Origin: a virus
Lineage: Duplodnaviria; Caudoviricetes
Virus record (IMG/VR): IMGVR_UViG_3300010429_000387
Location: 1 to 64,000 of that record
Strand: one strand, 5' to 3'
DNA length: 64,000 nt
Positions 18,306-28,255 of the stretch are shown here, one piece after another. Every line of letters begins with the position of its first letter. Position 1 is the stretch's first letter. The translations under genes and the position numbers were made by a program. The notes beneath the pieces were generated by a model. That model was given only the letters and a program-made list of their open reading frames with translations. It was not told the origin of the DNA and made no database searches.

Positions 18306-20381
18306 ATGGCAACTGAGAAGTTCGCCAACAACGCTGCGACCACCCTGAGCGGGGCCATTCTGGACACCAGTCAGTCGTTGGTGGTCTCCAGCGCTTCTGG
18401 ATTTCCAACCAACCCTCAGTTCAGGATCAAGATCGACAACGAGATCCTTCTGGTCACTGGGGTCTCGGGTACGACCTACACTGTCACGAGGGGTCAAGAA
18501 GGGACCTCGGGTGTTGGGCACGCTAACGGGGCAACGGTCACACATGTCTTGACGGCTGGGGCTCTGGCTCAGTTTCAGGGGGATACCTTAGCCCAGGTTC
18601 CAACATCCGCCTATATCACTTCTAGGCGGATCCCAACTGACTCTGGAACCCAGATTTGCTGGGCTTTCAATGAGTCGAGTGCTGGGGTCTACTCCAACTC
18701 AGGTAGTGGTGGGACTCTGGATCTCAACACTACGGACGGGACTTCGATCATCAATCCGAATGGGGTTTTCGGAAACGGATTGCTTGTCAATGGGTCAACG
18801 AATAAGACAACCAGCACGACAGTAGGGGAGTCAACGAACTTCACCCTTTCCTGCTGGGTTGTATCCAATGATCTAGGCAACAAACGTGGGATTCTAGTCA
18901 AGTATTATTACAACCCGCCAGCTCAGACTGCTCCTTACGGTCTCATTCTCAGGACGGAGGCTGGGGTTCTCCTCTTCTACCTTGTTACAGGCGGATCTCT
19001 TCGAGGTGGGTACTCTCTGGGTACACTTGTCGCTGGGTCGCTGTACTTTCTGTCAGTCACCTACGATGGATCAACCATCAAAGGATACATCAACGGAAGT
19101 CTGGTTCTCACTCAGGCTCTAACTGGTCCAGTAGAATGGGGGACCCATGGTCCATGGGAGGTTGGTCACAATTCAACCTTCAGTGATGTATCCCCTTGGG
19201 TAGGAACGATTGACGATGTCCGTATCGAGAACGTCGTCCGTTCGGACTCTTACCTCGCCAGGATGTACAAGCAGGGACTTGGACTTGTCGATGCTTACCT
19301 GCCCATACCAAACGCTGGGGCTGGCGGTTGGGTCACAGCCCTGGATACAGACTTCTCAGCTCAAGCGAACCAGACTCTCTCCCCAGATGGAAACTACACA
19401 ATCGGGGGCTTCACTTGGGCCAAGCAGAACTCCTCGAACGACCGAGTGGCAATGGCCGTTGTCAACGGCCAGGGCATTGTTATGCAGCCCAACAATGGAG
19501 GGATGGACTACTATTCCTCGACACGAACGGTCCCGCTTCTATGGCTTCCCCTCTCCGGCCTGGCAATCCCGAACTTGAGTCTCGCCACAGCTTTCAGGAT
19601 CAGTGCTTACATCAGTGCCGATAACTCCGGGAGCATCAGCGGGGTTGCTGACTTCATGTTCGGGGTGGATAACGACAGCCTGTACTGGTCCTGGACTGCC
19701 TACCGAGGGAACCATGACAGCGGGGCTGGGCTGACGCTCTGTCGAATCCTAAACCAGAGCAGAACAATCCGTCAGCAACAGGTTGTGACGGTGGGTAGCT
19801 CGAACGCTACCGTGTGCTTGACCCTTCCAAGGTTGGACAGCCCTCAGGCTTTTGGTTCGGCTGGAACCTCTTCAGCCATCACAGACCCAGCTCTTCTCCA
19901 GGCTTTTGCTGGCGGCTTGGATACGGCTGGGGGTCTGAACACAGCCCTGATCGGGTCTGGGCCTCACGGGAATAGCTTCTCGGAGGGTCTTGGGATTCTG
20001 ATTGGAGCTATTCGGCCGGTGGCAGGGTCCAACTACTCGGTCACTTTGAGTAGGCTTCGGATTGAGTACAACAATGGGGGGAGCTACTGGAACGGGGTTT
20101 ACCCTGTTACAATCCCCATCACGTCGAACTACCAAGTCGTTGCCTCAGACAGCCTGATCCCAATCGGGGCTCTCACCTCTGCTATCACCCTGACCCTTCC
20201 GTCGAACCCAACTAAAGGGGAGTCCCACAAGATCAAGGACTCAGGTGGGACTCTGAACCTGTACAACGTCACCGTAGCTGGGAACGGGTATCTGATCGAC
20301 GGGCTATCGACCTTCCTGATAGAGCAGAACTACGGGGGCTTCGAGTTCGTCTTCAACGGAACCTCCTGGATGGTGTTCTAA
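18306..20381 (+). CDS. Tail-fibre/receptor-binding-type protein with LamG (concanavalin-like) domain
   Basis: WAFNE, FTLSCWV, VTYDGSTIKGYING, GTIDDVRI; G/S/T-rich. Confidence 0.8.
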   Translation: MATEKFANNAATTLSGAILDTSQSLVVSSASGFPTNPQFRIKIDNEILLVTGVSGTTYTVTRGQEGTSGVGHANGATVTHVLTAGALAQFQGDTLAQVPTSAYITSRRIPTDSGTQICWAFNESSAGVYSNSGSGGTLDLNTTDGTSIINPNGVFGNGLLVNGSTNKTTSTTVGESTNFTLSCWVVSNDLGNKRGILVKYYYNPPAQTAPYGLILRTEAGVLLFYLVTGGSLRGGYSLGTLVAGSLYFLSVTYDGSTIKGYINGSLVLTQALTGPVEWGTHGPWEVGHNSTFSDVSPWVGTIDDVRIENVVRSDSYLARMYKQGLGLVDAYLPIPNAGAGGWVTALDTDFSAQANQTLSPDGNYTIGGFTWAKQNSSNDRVAMAVVNGQGIVMQPNNGGMDYYSSTRTVPLLWLPLSGLAIPNLSLATAFRISAYISADNSGSISGVADFMFGVDNDSLYWSWTAYRGNHDSGAGLTLCRILNQSRTIRQQQVVTVGSSNATVCLTLPRLDSPQAFGSAGTSSAITDPALLQAFAGGLDTAGGLNTALIGSGPHGNSFSEGLGILIGAIRPVAGSNYSVTLSRLRIEYNNGGSYWNGVYPVTIPITSNYQVVASDSLIPIGALTSAITLTLPSNPTKGESHKIKDSGGTLNLYNVTVAGNGYLIDGLSTFLIEQNYGGFEFVFNGTSWMVF

Positions 20382-20382
20382 G

Positions 20383-22197
20383 ATGGCAACCGAGAAATTC
20401 TCCAACAACGCTGCAACCACCCTGAGTGGGGCCATCTCGGACTCAGCCCTCTCCCTAGTTGTTTCAAGTTCAACTGGATTTCCCACCTCAGGTCAGTTCA
20501 GGATTAAGATCGACAATGAGCTGATCCTGGTCACTGGAGTCTCGGGGACCACCTACACGATCACGAGAGGCCAAGAGGGGACCACGGCGGTTGCTCATGG
20601 GGATGGGGCAGCAGTCACTCATGTTCTGACCGCAGGGGCTCTGACCCAGCTTCAAGCCGACACCTTTACAGCGGGAGGGGACCTATCCGGAACGAGCACA
20701 AGTCAGACAGTTACCAAGATCCAGGGAACCACTCTCGACCCGGCAATGTCTGGGGCATCGGTGAACGATGTTCTGACTTGGGACGGCTCCAAGTGGACCC
20801 ACCTCCCAAGCGCTACAGCATCTCTAAGCAGGTACACCCCCACAGACTCAAACACGATACTCAACTGGAAGTTTGATGAGACCAGCGGGACCACCTTCAC
20901 AGACTCGAAGCTAGGGGTGACTCTCACCCCGGCTGATGGTGCTTCCAACATCTCAAGTAGACCTGGGTTCTTCAATAGAGCAGTTGCCATGTCTAGCGCT
21001 GCTTTGGCAACAGGAGGCAGCTTCGGGACGGTCGGTGCTCCTGTCACCAACATGAATGAGCCACCTGCAACGGCTTGTACCATCTCTGCTTGGGTATTTC
21101 AAAGGTCCGCTGGTGCAGGTTGCTGTGTTTTCCGGAAGCTGTACCGCTCCGATGGGTCTTGGGCAGCTCCCAACTTGGGGGGGATCGACCTCGCCCTGAA
21201 TGGCTCCAAGCTCTATTCAGTCATCACCATTGGTGGATCACTCAGTGTAGTAGACACTGGTAAGTCCATTGTCCTTGGGACCTGGCAACACATTGCCAAT
21301 GTCTACGACGGGGCAACACTGAAGTCCTACATCAACGGTCAGCTCGTGTATTCACGGCCTGTGACTGGATCGATGGACTTCGGAGACCATGGACCCTGGG
21401 TGGTTGGTGGAGATCCAGGTGGGGAGAACTTCGATGGATTCATCGAGGATGCTCGGGTAGAGGGTGTTGCTAGGTCCGAGGACTATCTCTGGGCCTTGTA
21501 TCGGAACGGCATTGGTCTGTTTGACCAGTACCAGGTATCCAATGGGGCCAACCTGCTACCACATCTCCCGATCCTAGCCGGGGTTGAGTCTGAGTCATTG
21601 AATGGTTGGAAGGTTGTAGGATCGATCTCCTTCAACCCATCTGATTACAACTACACGCAAGTGACCCTTGAGGTTCTTCTCGCCACCAGCAACGCTTCTC
21701 ATGCAGCCAAGGCTCGCCTGTGGAACCTCACCACGGGGGCTCAGGTGGGCACTGACCTCAGCTCGACCAACACCTCAACAGAGAGGGTCACCCAGGTCAT
21801 CACCCCCACAAGCGGTCTGAACATCTACGAAGTCCAGATCCAGACCTCGTCTTCCGGGACTGATGCTATCTGCTACGGGGCAAGGCTCAACCTGTCTGGT
21901 GGCTTGGGGGCTGCTCCAGTCTTCGTGAACGTGACATCAAACACCACCAGGGCAGCCGGAGTCAACGAGACCTTGGTGATCGGGACCCTGACCACGGCCA
22001 TCACGGTCACCCTCCCGGCTTCCCCAACCGTAGGTCAGACCATCAAGATCAAGGACTCTGGAGGGACTGTCGGAACCTACAACGTTACGGTGGATGGGAA
22101 CGGGAAGACTCTTGATGGGGCTGCTACCTACGTGATGTCCCAGAACTATGATCAGAATGAGTTCGTCTACAACGGCACGTCTTGGATGGTGTGTTGA
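20383..22197 (+). CDS. Paralogous tail-fibre/LamG protein
   Basis: Near-identical N-terminus to 18306; WKFDE, WQHIANVYDG..LKSYING, FDGFIED; AGGDLSG motif. Confidence 0.8.
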   Translation: MATEKFSNNAATTLSGAISDSALSLVVSSSTGFPTSGQFRIKIDNELILVTGVSGTTYTITRGQEGTTAVAHGDGAAVTHVLTAGALTQLQADTFTAGGDLSGTSTSQTVTKIQGTTLDPAMSGASVNDVLTWDGSKWTHLPSATASLSRYTPTDSNTILNWKFDETSGTTFTDSKLGVTLTPADGASNISSRPGFFNRAVAMSSAALATGGSFGTVGAPVTNMNEPPATACTISAWVFQRSAGAGCCVFRKLYRSDGSWAAPNLGGIDLALNGSKLYSVITIGGSLSVVDTGKSIVLGTWQHIANVYDGATLKSYINGQLVYSRPVTGSMDFGDHGPWVVGGDPGGENFDGFIEDARVEGVARSEDYLWALYRNGIGLFDQYQVSNGANLLPHLPILAGVESESLNGWKVVGSISFNPSDYNYTQVTLEVLLATSNASHAAKARLWNLTTGAQVGTDLSSTNTSTERVTQVITPTSGLNIYEVQIQTSSSGTDAICYGARLNLSGGLGAAPVFVNVTSNTTRAAGVNETLVIGTLTTAITVTLPASPTVGQTIKIKDSGGTVGTYNVTVDGNGKTLDGAATYVMSQNYDQNEFVYNGTSWMVC

Positions 22198-22255
22198 CCA
22201 TGGCATACCGACTGATGGGTATGTGCCCCTGGTACACCAACCGCCGGGACCGGTT

Positions 22256-22657
22256 CTAGTCCCCAAGCAGCTCCACAAAGTCCTCGAAGTAGGTCACGAC
22301 CTCGGAGTACCCTGAGGAGTGCCCATGGTCCCATGCCTTCGAGTAGCAGAGGTCTGCCTTCGGGTGACCCTCAACCCCGTTCTCCCGTATCAAGTCCACC
22401 TTGAACTGAAGGTCGAGCCGTGCCTGGTCGAGCTGGTAGGCCCTCCGAAGCTCACGGTAGTCAGCAGCCAGCCTCTCCGGGTAGGGGAGCTTGGATCGGT
22501 ACTCCCCAGCCTGGATCTTCTCACGAACGGTGAGGTTGACCGGCGGGGGAGGGGTCTCGACCTCGGGAGCCTTCTTGGCCTTCCGGGTCTTGGCCTTCGG
22601 GGTTTGGGGAGGAGGCTTCGGGTCGTCTCCGAGGATGCGGTCAAATCTTGTGGTCAT
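22256..22657 (-). CDS. Hypothetical protein
   Basis: MTTRFDRI...AWDHGHSSGYSEV; leaderless class A. Confidence 0.8.
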   Translation of the reverse strand: MTTRFDRILGDDPKPPPQTPKAKTRKAKKAPEVETPPPPVNLTVREKIQAGEYRSKLPYPERLAADYRELRRAYQLDQARLDLQFKVDLIRENGVEGHPKADLCYSKAWDHGHSSGYSEVVTYFEDFVELLGD

Positions 22658-22662
22658 GGCTC

Positions 22663-22690
22663 TACAACGTCCAAGGGGCTCAGATTTCAA
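22663..22690 (-). promoter_or_regulatory. Class A phage promoter
   Basis: TTGAAA-N15-CGTTGTA-N5-ATG. Confidence 0.8.
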
Positions 22691-22935
22691 CCAGCCTTTC
22701 GAGGTTTCGGTTCGGGCATCCCGAGCTTTCTTCTACATAGGGCTCGGTATTGCTCGGAGATGTCCCAGTAGTCCTGGATGAGCTGAAGCTCTTCGTCGGT
22801 CACCTCGATGGCCTTCTCATCGAAGCGGTTCAGCTCGGACTCTAGCTCCATAGCTTCCTCTCGGGTCTTCACGAAGAAGGCTGGGTACTGTTCGTCCACG
22901 TCGAAAAGGAGCTTGGTCTTGGAGGTCTTAGCCAT
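22687..22935 (-). CDS. Hypothetical protein
   Basis: Coupled to the HD-domain gene. Confidence 0.6.
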   Translation of the reverse strand: MAKTSKTKLLFDVDEQYPAFFVKTREEAMELESELNRFDEKAIEVTDEELQLIQDYWDISEQYRALCRRKLGMPEPKPRKAG

Positions 22936-23563
22936 GGTGGAGGTTCTTCAGGGACCGGAGGAGGTTCTTCTGGGACTGGGGCTCGTAGGAGCTGTTCAGG
23001 AACTCGGGGGTGGCGTAGATGCGTGGTCGGGCCAGGAAGCCCTGGAGGATGGCTCCACGGCCTTCCCTGAAGGCATCGTCGGGCACCCAGGCATACTCCT
23101 TCCGGACGTTCTCCTCGTACCGGTCGAAGACTGCTGGAGCCGACCCAAGGATGGAGAGGTCCACATCCAGAAGGACCTGGGCCTCTCGGGTCTTGGGCTC
23201 ATGGGCGTGCTTGGTGGCTCGGATGAGTTCGGCTACCAGGGAGGCGACCCCCTGGGTGGTGATATGGAGAAGCCTGGACTCCGCCAGCATGGCGCTCTGC
23301 TCCTCGTTGTCCGACCTCTTGGGGTCGTAGACGAAGTCGTGATACCAGAGAGCCAGCTCCACGTTCCCGATCCCAGGTAGCTTGGCTACCATGTGGTCGA
23401 GTACCTCGAAGCACGAACGAAGATGTTCAGTCGTGTGGTAGAACCTGTCCGGAAGGCTGTACATCCGAAGGATCTCCGGGAGGTAGCTGGTGGTTCCACC
23501 AGCTACCTGGGCGGTCTCAAGGGTCTGAGCCCATCGGGCTTCGAGGTACTCTTGGGTGTTCAC
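22928..23563 (-). CDS. HD-domain metal-dependent phosphohydrolase (COG4339-like)
   Basis: Y..P.R.YH...HL, ALWYHD.VYDP..DNEE.SA, LLDVDLSILG, Y...VR.EY. Confidence 0.88.
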   Translation of the reverse strand: MNTQEYLEARWAQTLETAQVAGGTTSYLPEILRMYSLPDRFYHTTEHLRSCFEVLDHMVAKLPGIGNVELALWYHDFVYDPKRSDNEEQSAMLAESRLLHITTQGVASLVAELIRATKHAHEPKTREAQVLLDVDLSILGSAPAVFDRYEENVRKEYAWVPDDAFREGRGAILQGFLARPRIYATPEFLNSSYEPQSQKNLLRSLKNLHHG

Positions 23564-23844
23564 TTGGGGGGCTCCACGATGGGGGCTGGTGGGTAGTTCC
23601 GGTCAGTGCCCCTGGCTACCTCCCCGAACGTTGGGTGGCGAGCGATCCTCTCCCGTCGGGACCACATCTCCTTGGAGGGGACATCAACCGGGTCCGCTCG
23701 GGAAGCACAGTGCTGGCAGATCGCCACCTGTTGCCCCAGCTTGCGGTCGGACAAGGAGGTCCAGTAGGGGGTCACGCTCCGGCAGAAGCAACACCTCTCC
23801 ATCGGGGGCTCTCCATCGGGTTCTTTGTGGATCGGGACAGGCAT
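23560..23844 (-). CDS. Small zinc-binding protein
   Basis: CCFC...CQHC. Confidence 0.6.
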   Translation of the reverse strand: MPVPIHKEPDGEPPMERCCFCRSVTPYWTSLSDRKLGQQVAICQHCASRADPVDVPSKEMWSRRERIARHPTFGEVARGTDRNYPPAPIVEPPK

Positions 23845-23901
23845 GACACTCTCCAGGTACACCTGAGGCCCCGTTCTCCAGGGCCTCAGGTCAGGTTTGG
23901 T

Positions 23902-24486
23902 TCAGATCAGTTCGGCAGCTTCCCACCAGGGCTTCTCTCCGTCCATCACCACCGGGCCACCCTCGTAGGCGCTTCCGGGGAGACCCTTGGGAGCATTCCG
24001 GGGAGCGAAGCCAAGGAGCCCACCCCAGCGATAGGCAGCAGCCAGGTCGGTTCCGTACACCTTCTTGGCAACCAGGTCAGCCAAGGCGTCCAGTTCCTTC
24101 TTGAAGGGGTCCCCGCCCGTGACCATGTCAGCGGTCATGGGCATCGTCACGTCGGCTCCACCGTGAAAGCGGGCCAACCGCCAGACGTAGTAGCAACGGC
24201 CACCAAACGTGGAGCTGAAGTGGTTGAGCTTTGAGGGGAAGCTCTTCCGGAACGAACGGGACTTGCCCTTGGTAGTGAAGAGGGCATCGACGATCTTGGC
24301 AACATCGAGACCGGGGAAGGAGCCCTTGCCCTCGCAACAGTGGCACTTCTTGCCCTCAGGACCCTCATACCCGTTCTCGACAGCCCACGTACTGTGGGTG
24401 CGGCCTTCACCGTGGCAACGGGTGCAAGGGCGGTCGCTGGTGAAGTCCACGTTCTCGGTCTTGCTGCTGGTGGTTTCGGTGGTCAT
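23902..24486 (-). CDS. Hypothetical protein with DnaJ-type CxxCxGxG zinc-finger repeats
   Basis: CTRCHGEG, CHCCEGKG; SD AAGGAG; class A promoter. Confidence 0.8.
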   Translation of the reverse strand: MTTETTSSKTENVDFTSDRPCTRCHGEGRTHSTWAVENGYEGPEGKKCHCCEGKGSFPGLDVAKIVDALFTTKGKSRSFRKSFPSKLNHFSSTFGGRCYYVWRLARFHGGADVTMPMTADMVTGGDPFKKELDALADLVAKKVYGTDLAAAYRWGGLLGFAPRNAPKGLPGSAYEGGPVVMDGEKPWWEAAELI

Positions 24487-24504
24487 CGTCTTGCTCCTTG
24501 CCAG

Positions 24505-24532
24505 TACAACGAACCAGCCCCGAATCTTTCAA
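24505..24532 (-). promoter_or_regulatory. Class A phage promoter (leadered)
   Basis: TTGAAA-N15-CGTTGTA, then SD. Confidence 0.75.
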
Positions 24533-24718
24533 CTACCATCTCAGATTTTTTGGCAGCTTCCGAAAGATTTCCTCGCAGCGGGTCTCGATGGCCTCGGCCT
24601 TGGCAATCTGCCCCTCGGCCCGGAGGTCCATGGCCCTTGCCTTGAGCTGGGCGTAGGGCTTGAGGGCGGGGTCGGTCACTTCACGGAGTTCCGACTGAGA
24701 CATTCCGTCGAGGTTCAT
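24533..24718 (-). CDS. Hypothetical protein
   Basis: SD GAGGAG; MNLDGMSQ... Confidence 0.7.
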   Translation of the reverse strand: MNLDGMSQSELREVTDPALKPYAQLKARAMDLRAEGQIAKAEAIETRCEEIFRKLPKNLRW

Positions 24719-24738
24719 GGTGGTCTCCTCAGGTCTCC

Positions 24739-25140
24739 TCAGATACACTGGGATTCTTGAGCATTTCGCTCCCTGGTGGCTTCCAGGTCGAAGTCGTAGT
24801 TGCGCCAATCGAACTCGTAGATGCTGAGGCGCTTGACGCCTTGGCAGTCATCCTCGAAGGTCACGGTCTTCTCCGTGATGGATGTGATCCTGGCGACGTA
24901 GGACAGGTTGAACGAGTCGAACTCAGCCAAGTCCCCGATCTTGAAGGTCTTGCTGTAGGGGACCACCTCTTCGACCCTCGTCCACTGGCCGGGGACGCCC
25001 TTGTAGGACACCTTCACGGTCTCACCGAAGAGCCGGATCCACTGACCGGGGAGGATTTCCGCATGGTGCCCGGTCTTGGGCTCCTGGTTCTTGCGGCCAA
25101 CGATGGTTTCGATCAGGACGGGGCGGCTGGTCTTGCTCAT
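24739..25140 (-). CDS. Hypothetical protein
   Basis: MSKTSRP...; leaderless class A. Confidence 0.8.
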   Translation of the reverse strand: MSKTSRPVLIETIVGRKNQEPKTGHHAEILPGQWIRLFGETVKVSYKGVPGQWTRVEEVVPYSKTFKIGDLAEFDSFNLSYVARITSITEKTVTFEDDCQGVKRLSIYEFDWRNYDFDLEATRERNAQESQCI

Positions 25141-25145
25141 GTTCC

Positions 25146-25173
25146 TACAACGTTTGGGCTCGGTTTCTTTCAA
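25146..25173 (-). promoter_or_regulatory. Class A phage promoter
   Basis: TTGAAA-N15-CGTTGTA-N5-ATG. Confidence 0.8.
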
Positions 25174-25191
25174 CCAGGTTCGTCGATTTTC

Positions 25192-25728
25192 TCAACTCCA
25201 GTGGATGGTGGTGGCACCCTTCCCCTGCTCGGAGACAGCGAAGTCCAGTAGGGACTGAATGCGGGAGGTGAGCCCCTCCTGGTCGATCCCCCCGGAGATG
25301 ATGTGAACCCCACGTCGGATCTCTCCGTTCACGACCTTGGCCTTGCCACGATACTCGGTGGCCTCACGGGTCTTGAGGTTGCCCTTAGCCAGGGCTCGGA
25401 CACAGGCCCGACGGAACTCCGGGATCGAGGCGGAACCGCACATCTCGGTCTCCTCACAGGGGAAACCAAGGGCCTGAAGGATCAAGGAGGCATTGCCATT
25501 GGCGTAGTTGGGGAGAGGGGACACAGGCTCCTGCTCGACCTCGACCCCGGTCCCGTGGCAGAAGGGGCATGAGGGGTTGGCGTTGGCCTTGAGGTCTTCC
25601 CTGGCCTCCTGGGCCTCGGGTGCCTTCATCGTCCAGTGCTCGGACCCCTGGGCACAGAGGCAGCAGGTCTCAACCGAAGTGGACTCAGTGGACTCAGAGG
25701 GGATGTTCGAGGTGAAGGTGACGCTCAT
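25192..25728 (-). CDS. Hypothetical protein with CPFCHGTG motif
   Basis: MSVTFTS...; leaderless class A. Confidence 0.8.
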   Translation of the reverse strand: MSVTFTSNIPSESTESTSVETCCLCAQGSEHWTMKAPEAQEAREDLKANANPSCPFCHGTGVEVEQEPVSPLPNYANGNASLILQALGFPCEETEMCGSASIPEFRRACVRALAKGNLKTREATEYRGKAKVVNGEIRRGVHIISGGIDQEGLTSRIQSLLDFAVSEQGKGATTIHWS

Positions 25729-25733
25729 GCCTG

Positions 25734-25761
25734 TACAACGTCCCAGCTCAGAATCTTTCAA
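25734..25761 (-). promoter_or_regulatory. Class A phage promoter
   Basis: TTGAAA-N15-CGTTGTA-N5-ATG. Confidence 0.8.
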
Positions 25762-25963
25762 CCAGGTACCCAGAAAAAGTTGAGGCGAGGACCTGGTAGG
25801 TACCTCGCCTTGCGCAATCCCTCGGGCCGGGGTCAGATCCCGAACCAGCCTCGTGGTTCGAGCCATCGAACGAACCATTCGGCCTCACAGAATCGATCCG
25901 AGATGGCCGTGGGGGTGTACAGGAGAACCCCCCATGCGAAGGCCCTACGCCACTCCTTGAGCT

Positions 25964-26158
25964 TCATCCCTTTGCCTTTCCGGCCTTTGCTTCGGCTTCG
26001 GCCACAAGCTGTTTGAAGGCTTCGACCTCAGCCTTCGAGGCGATGATGTAGAACCGCTGGACCATCTTCCTGGCGGTACTTCGTTCCTTGGCCCCAGGGG
26101 CTTGACTGGATGCCAGCCAAGCCTCGAATGCCACCACAACTCTCGTTTTCCGTGCCAT
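25964..26158 (-). CDS. Hypothetical protein
   Basis: MARKTRV...; SD GGAG, follows the 26160 gene. Confidence 0.6.
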   Translation of the reverse strand: MARKTRVVVAFEAWLASSQAPGAKERSTARKMVQRFYIIASKAEVEAFKQLVAEAEAKAGKAKG

Positions 26159-26159
26159 G

Positions 26160-26414
26160 TTACGCTCCGATAGCGATGTAGTATCCGTCAGCCTTGACCC
26201 GAAGAACCTTGCCCTCACGGCCGATGGTGGCAACGCTGCCCGTGTAGAACGTGATGGCCTTGCCCAGGTCAGCCTTGGTGGCGCCCATCTCAAGGAGAAC
26301 CTTGGGGTCCACGGTGGCGTTGATGGGGTTCTTCCAGTTGCTCTTGTCGGCAACCAGATTGAAGAGGGGGCCGTACTTCTTCTGCTCAGCGCTGGGTTCG
26401 TAGTCGTTCATCAT
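26160..26414 (-). CDS. Hypothetical protein
   Basis: NWKNPI...AITFYTG...ADGYY; leaderless class A. Confidence 0.8.
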   Translation of the reverse strand: MMNDYEPSAEQKKYGPLFNLVADKSNWKNPINATVDPKVLLEMGATKADLGKAITFYTGSVATIGREGKVLRVKADGYYIAIGA

Positions 26415-26418
26415 GTCT

Positions 26419-26751
26419 CTACAACGGACCAGGGCCTAAATTTTCAACCAACCCACGCAACTTTTCTTTCGGGGTGACCCCCCGAGCCTCAGCTACGACT
26501 TTTCCGCCGTGGAACACAAGGAACGTCGGAAGGCCAGTGACCCCGTAGCGCTTGGCAAGGTCCAGGTTCTCGCTGGCGTCCACCTTGCCTACCTTGGCCT
26601 TTCCCTCCAGCTCGACCTCAACCTTGACCAGGGTCGGGGCCATGGCGATGCAGGGACGACAGGTGGGTGACCAGAAGTCCACCAGGACGGGCAGTTCAGA
26701 ATCCAGTACCTCAGCTTGGAAGTTCGTGGCATTGAAGTTCTTCATGGTCAC
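26419..26751 (-). CDS. trxA: Thioredoxin
   Basis: PVLVDFWSPTCRPC, KVD, YGVTGLPT. Confidence 0.9.
   Translation of the reverse strand: MTMKNFNATNFQAEVLDSELPVLVDFWSPTCRPCIAMAPTLVKVEVELEGKAKVGKVDASENLDLAKRYGVTGLPTFLVFHGGKVVAEARGVTPKEKLRGLVENLGPGPL
26420..26447 (-). promoter_or_regulatory. Class A phage promoter (inside the 3' end of the thioredoxin gene)
   Basis: TTGAAA-N15-CGTTGTA-N5-ATG. Confidence 0.8.
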
Positions 26752-26957
26752 TTCTTGACACCAAACCAGGTGCCCTTCAGTGGAACTCGGTCGGGTCCCG
26801 TGGCAAGCTCTTGGAACAAGGCAATTCCAGCAAAGGCGGCTGCCACTGCTATCGCCAAGGCCCAGAGCCAGACGGGTCGGTCTTTCACGACGCTCAGGGC
26901 CAGGATTGCTCCAACGTATAGGACACCGATGATCTGGAGGAGCTTGTGGGAGGTCAT
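26748..26957 (-). CDS. Small two-TM membrane protein
   Basis: Two hydrophobic segments; ATGA coupling. Confidence 0.6.
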   Translation of the reverse strand: MTSHKLLQIIGVLYVGAILALSVVKDRPVWLWALAIAVAAAFAGIALFQELATGPDRVPLKGTWFGVKK

Positions 26958-27136
26958 GGTACCGGGACCTCCTTGCAGTTCCGGATCACGGACTGAAGGA
27001 CCTGAGCGAGGTCCCTCATCTGGTTTCCATCCAGCCGGTCTTCTGTGAAGAGGCGCTTGGAGACCCGCTCCAGCCGGTCCAGGTCATCTTGGGTGACTAC
27101 AAACAAGTCTGGCTTGGAGGGGTCGGAATTGCTCAT
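26954..27136 (-). CDS. Hypothetical protein
   Basis: ATGA coupling. Confidence 0.6.
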   Translation of the reverse strand: MSNSDPSKPDLFVVTQDDLDRLERVSKRLFTEDRLDGNQMRDLAQVLQSVIRNCKEVPVP

Positions 27137-27375
27137 GGGTTTGACCGTTGGTAGACCGCTCGAAGAACTCGGTTCCCCTTGCGGTCCCGACCTTGAATGG
27201 TCGGGTGGGAGAGGTGCCAGCCGTCGGGAGCAGCCTTTGAGGCGTACTCGTCACAGCTCTCGTCCGTCACCTGCTCGGTCAAGGGCTTCCCCTGGAGCGG
27301 GTGAGGGATGAAGACCATCCAGTGGTTCCGGCCAGGGGCCGGGGGTGTGAAGGCAGTGGTCGGGAGCTTGAACAT
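27133..27375 (-). CDS. Hypothetical protein
   Basis: MFKLPTT...; TGATG coupling. Confidence 0.55.
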   Translation of the reverse strand: MFKLPTTAFTPPAPGRNHWMVFIPHPLQGKPLTEQVTDESCDEYASKAAPDGWHLSHPTIQGRDRKGNRVLRAVYQRSNP

Positions 27376-27617
27376 CACACCATCTCCGCATCGAAGTGGG
27401 ACCCGCAATCCTTGCAGCAGAACGCAAGGTCTGCACCACGGCAGCCGTTGTCCTCGTGAGGTCCCTTCGAGCCACACTCGGGGCACGAGACCCGGTTCGC
27501 TCGGACGGCGGTCACCTCAGCGTAGAGGCGGCTGAGCTGAGCCTGCTTCTTGGCAGCGGGCTGGCTCATGAGGATTTCGAGGGCCATCTGGTCGGCGGTC
27601 TTGGTGTGCTTGCTCAT
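27375..27617 (-). CDS. Zinc-ribbon protein
   Basis: CPECGS...CKDCGSHF; leaderless class A. Confidence 0.75.
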   Translation of the reverse strand: MSKHTKTADQMALEILMSQPAAKKQAQLSRLYAEVTAVRANRVSCPECGSKGPHEDNGCRGADLAFCCKDCGSHFDAEMV

Positions 27618-27622
27618 GTCAC

Positions 27623-27650
27623 TACAACGTCCCAGCTTCGATTCTTTCAA
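27623..27650 (-). promoter_or_regulatory. Class A phage promoter
   Basis: TTGAAA-N15-CGTTGTA-N5-ATG. Confidence 0.8.
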
Positions 27651-27841
27651 CCGAGCCCCTTACGATTTACCTCGGTCTCCATTCGGGTGACCAGGTCGTC
27701 TGCTCGCTGCCACTGCTCTTCCGTGAGTTGGTCCTGGACGGCGTGAACGTCGTGAACCATCGCTGTCATAGCAGCGAATGCCACATACAGCTCCTCCTGG
27801 GTCAGTACGAAAGTCTCTGGCTTGGGCTTCTTCTTCGGCAT
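27647..27841 (-). CDS. Hypothetical protein
   Basis: GGTGTA 11 nt upstream. Confidence 0.6.
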   Translation of the reverse strand: MPKKKPKPETFVLTQEELYVAFAAMTAMVHDVHAVQDQLTEEQWQRADDLVTRMETEVNRKGLG

Positions 27842-27920
27842 TGTCAGCTAGATACACCGAAAAACCCAAGCTCAGAGGTAGAATGCTGCCCAACGTATCA
27901 CTTTGGTGTAGCCTTCTCCC

Positions 27921-28238
27921 ATGCTGGAACTGAGGCCAGGGCTAGTGCTAGAGGACTCCAACGGCTACATCCTGCTTGTAACCCATGTGGGCAAAGACGG
28001 AAGTGTGTATGCCCAAGACGATCCGGTCCAACTCAGCCCGCCCTGTGTCCGGGTGATTCGTGAGTTCGACAAGTCGCTTGCAGCCACGACGGAGTTCGAC
28101 TTCCCTGAGTTCAACATTCGGGAACCCTCGGAGGTTGAGCTTCAGCGGTTCAAGAAAGCCTACGGTGAAGACGTGGTGATCTTTCACAAGATGGAGACGA
28201 TTCCGGCTCCACCTGAGCTACCGGATGGTGTAGTGTAA
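27921..28238 (+). CDS. Hypothetical protein
   Basis: ATG 10 nt after GGTGTA. Confidence 0.7.
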   Translation: MLELRPGLVLEDSNGYILLVTHVGKDGSVYAQDDPVQLSPPCVRVIREFDKSLAATTEFDFPEFNIREPSEVELQRFKKAYGEDVVIFHKMETIPAPPELPDGVV

Positions 28239-28255
28239 GCCTACCATCCAGCAGG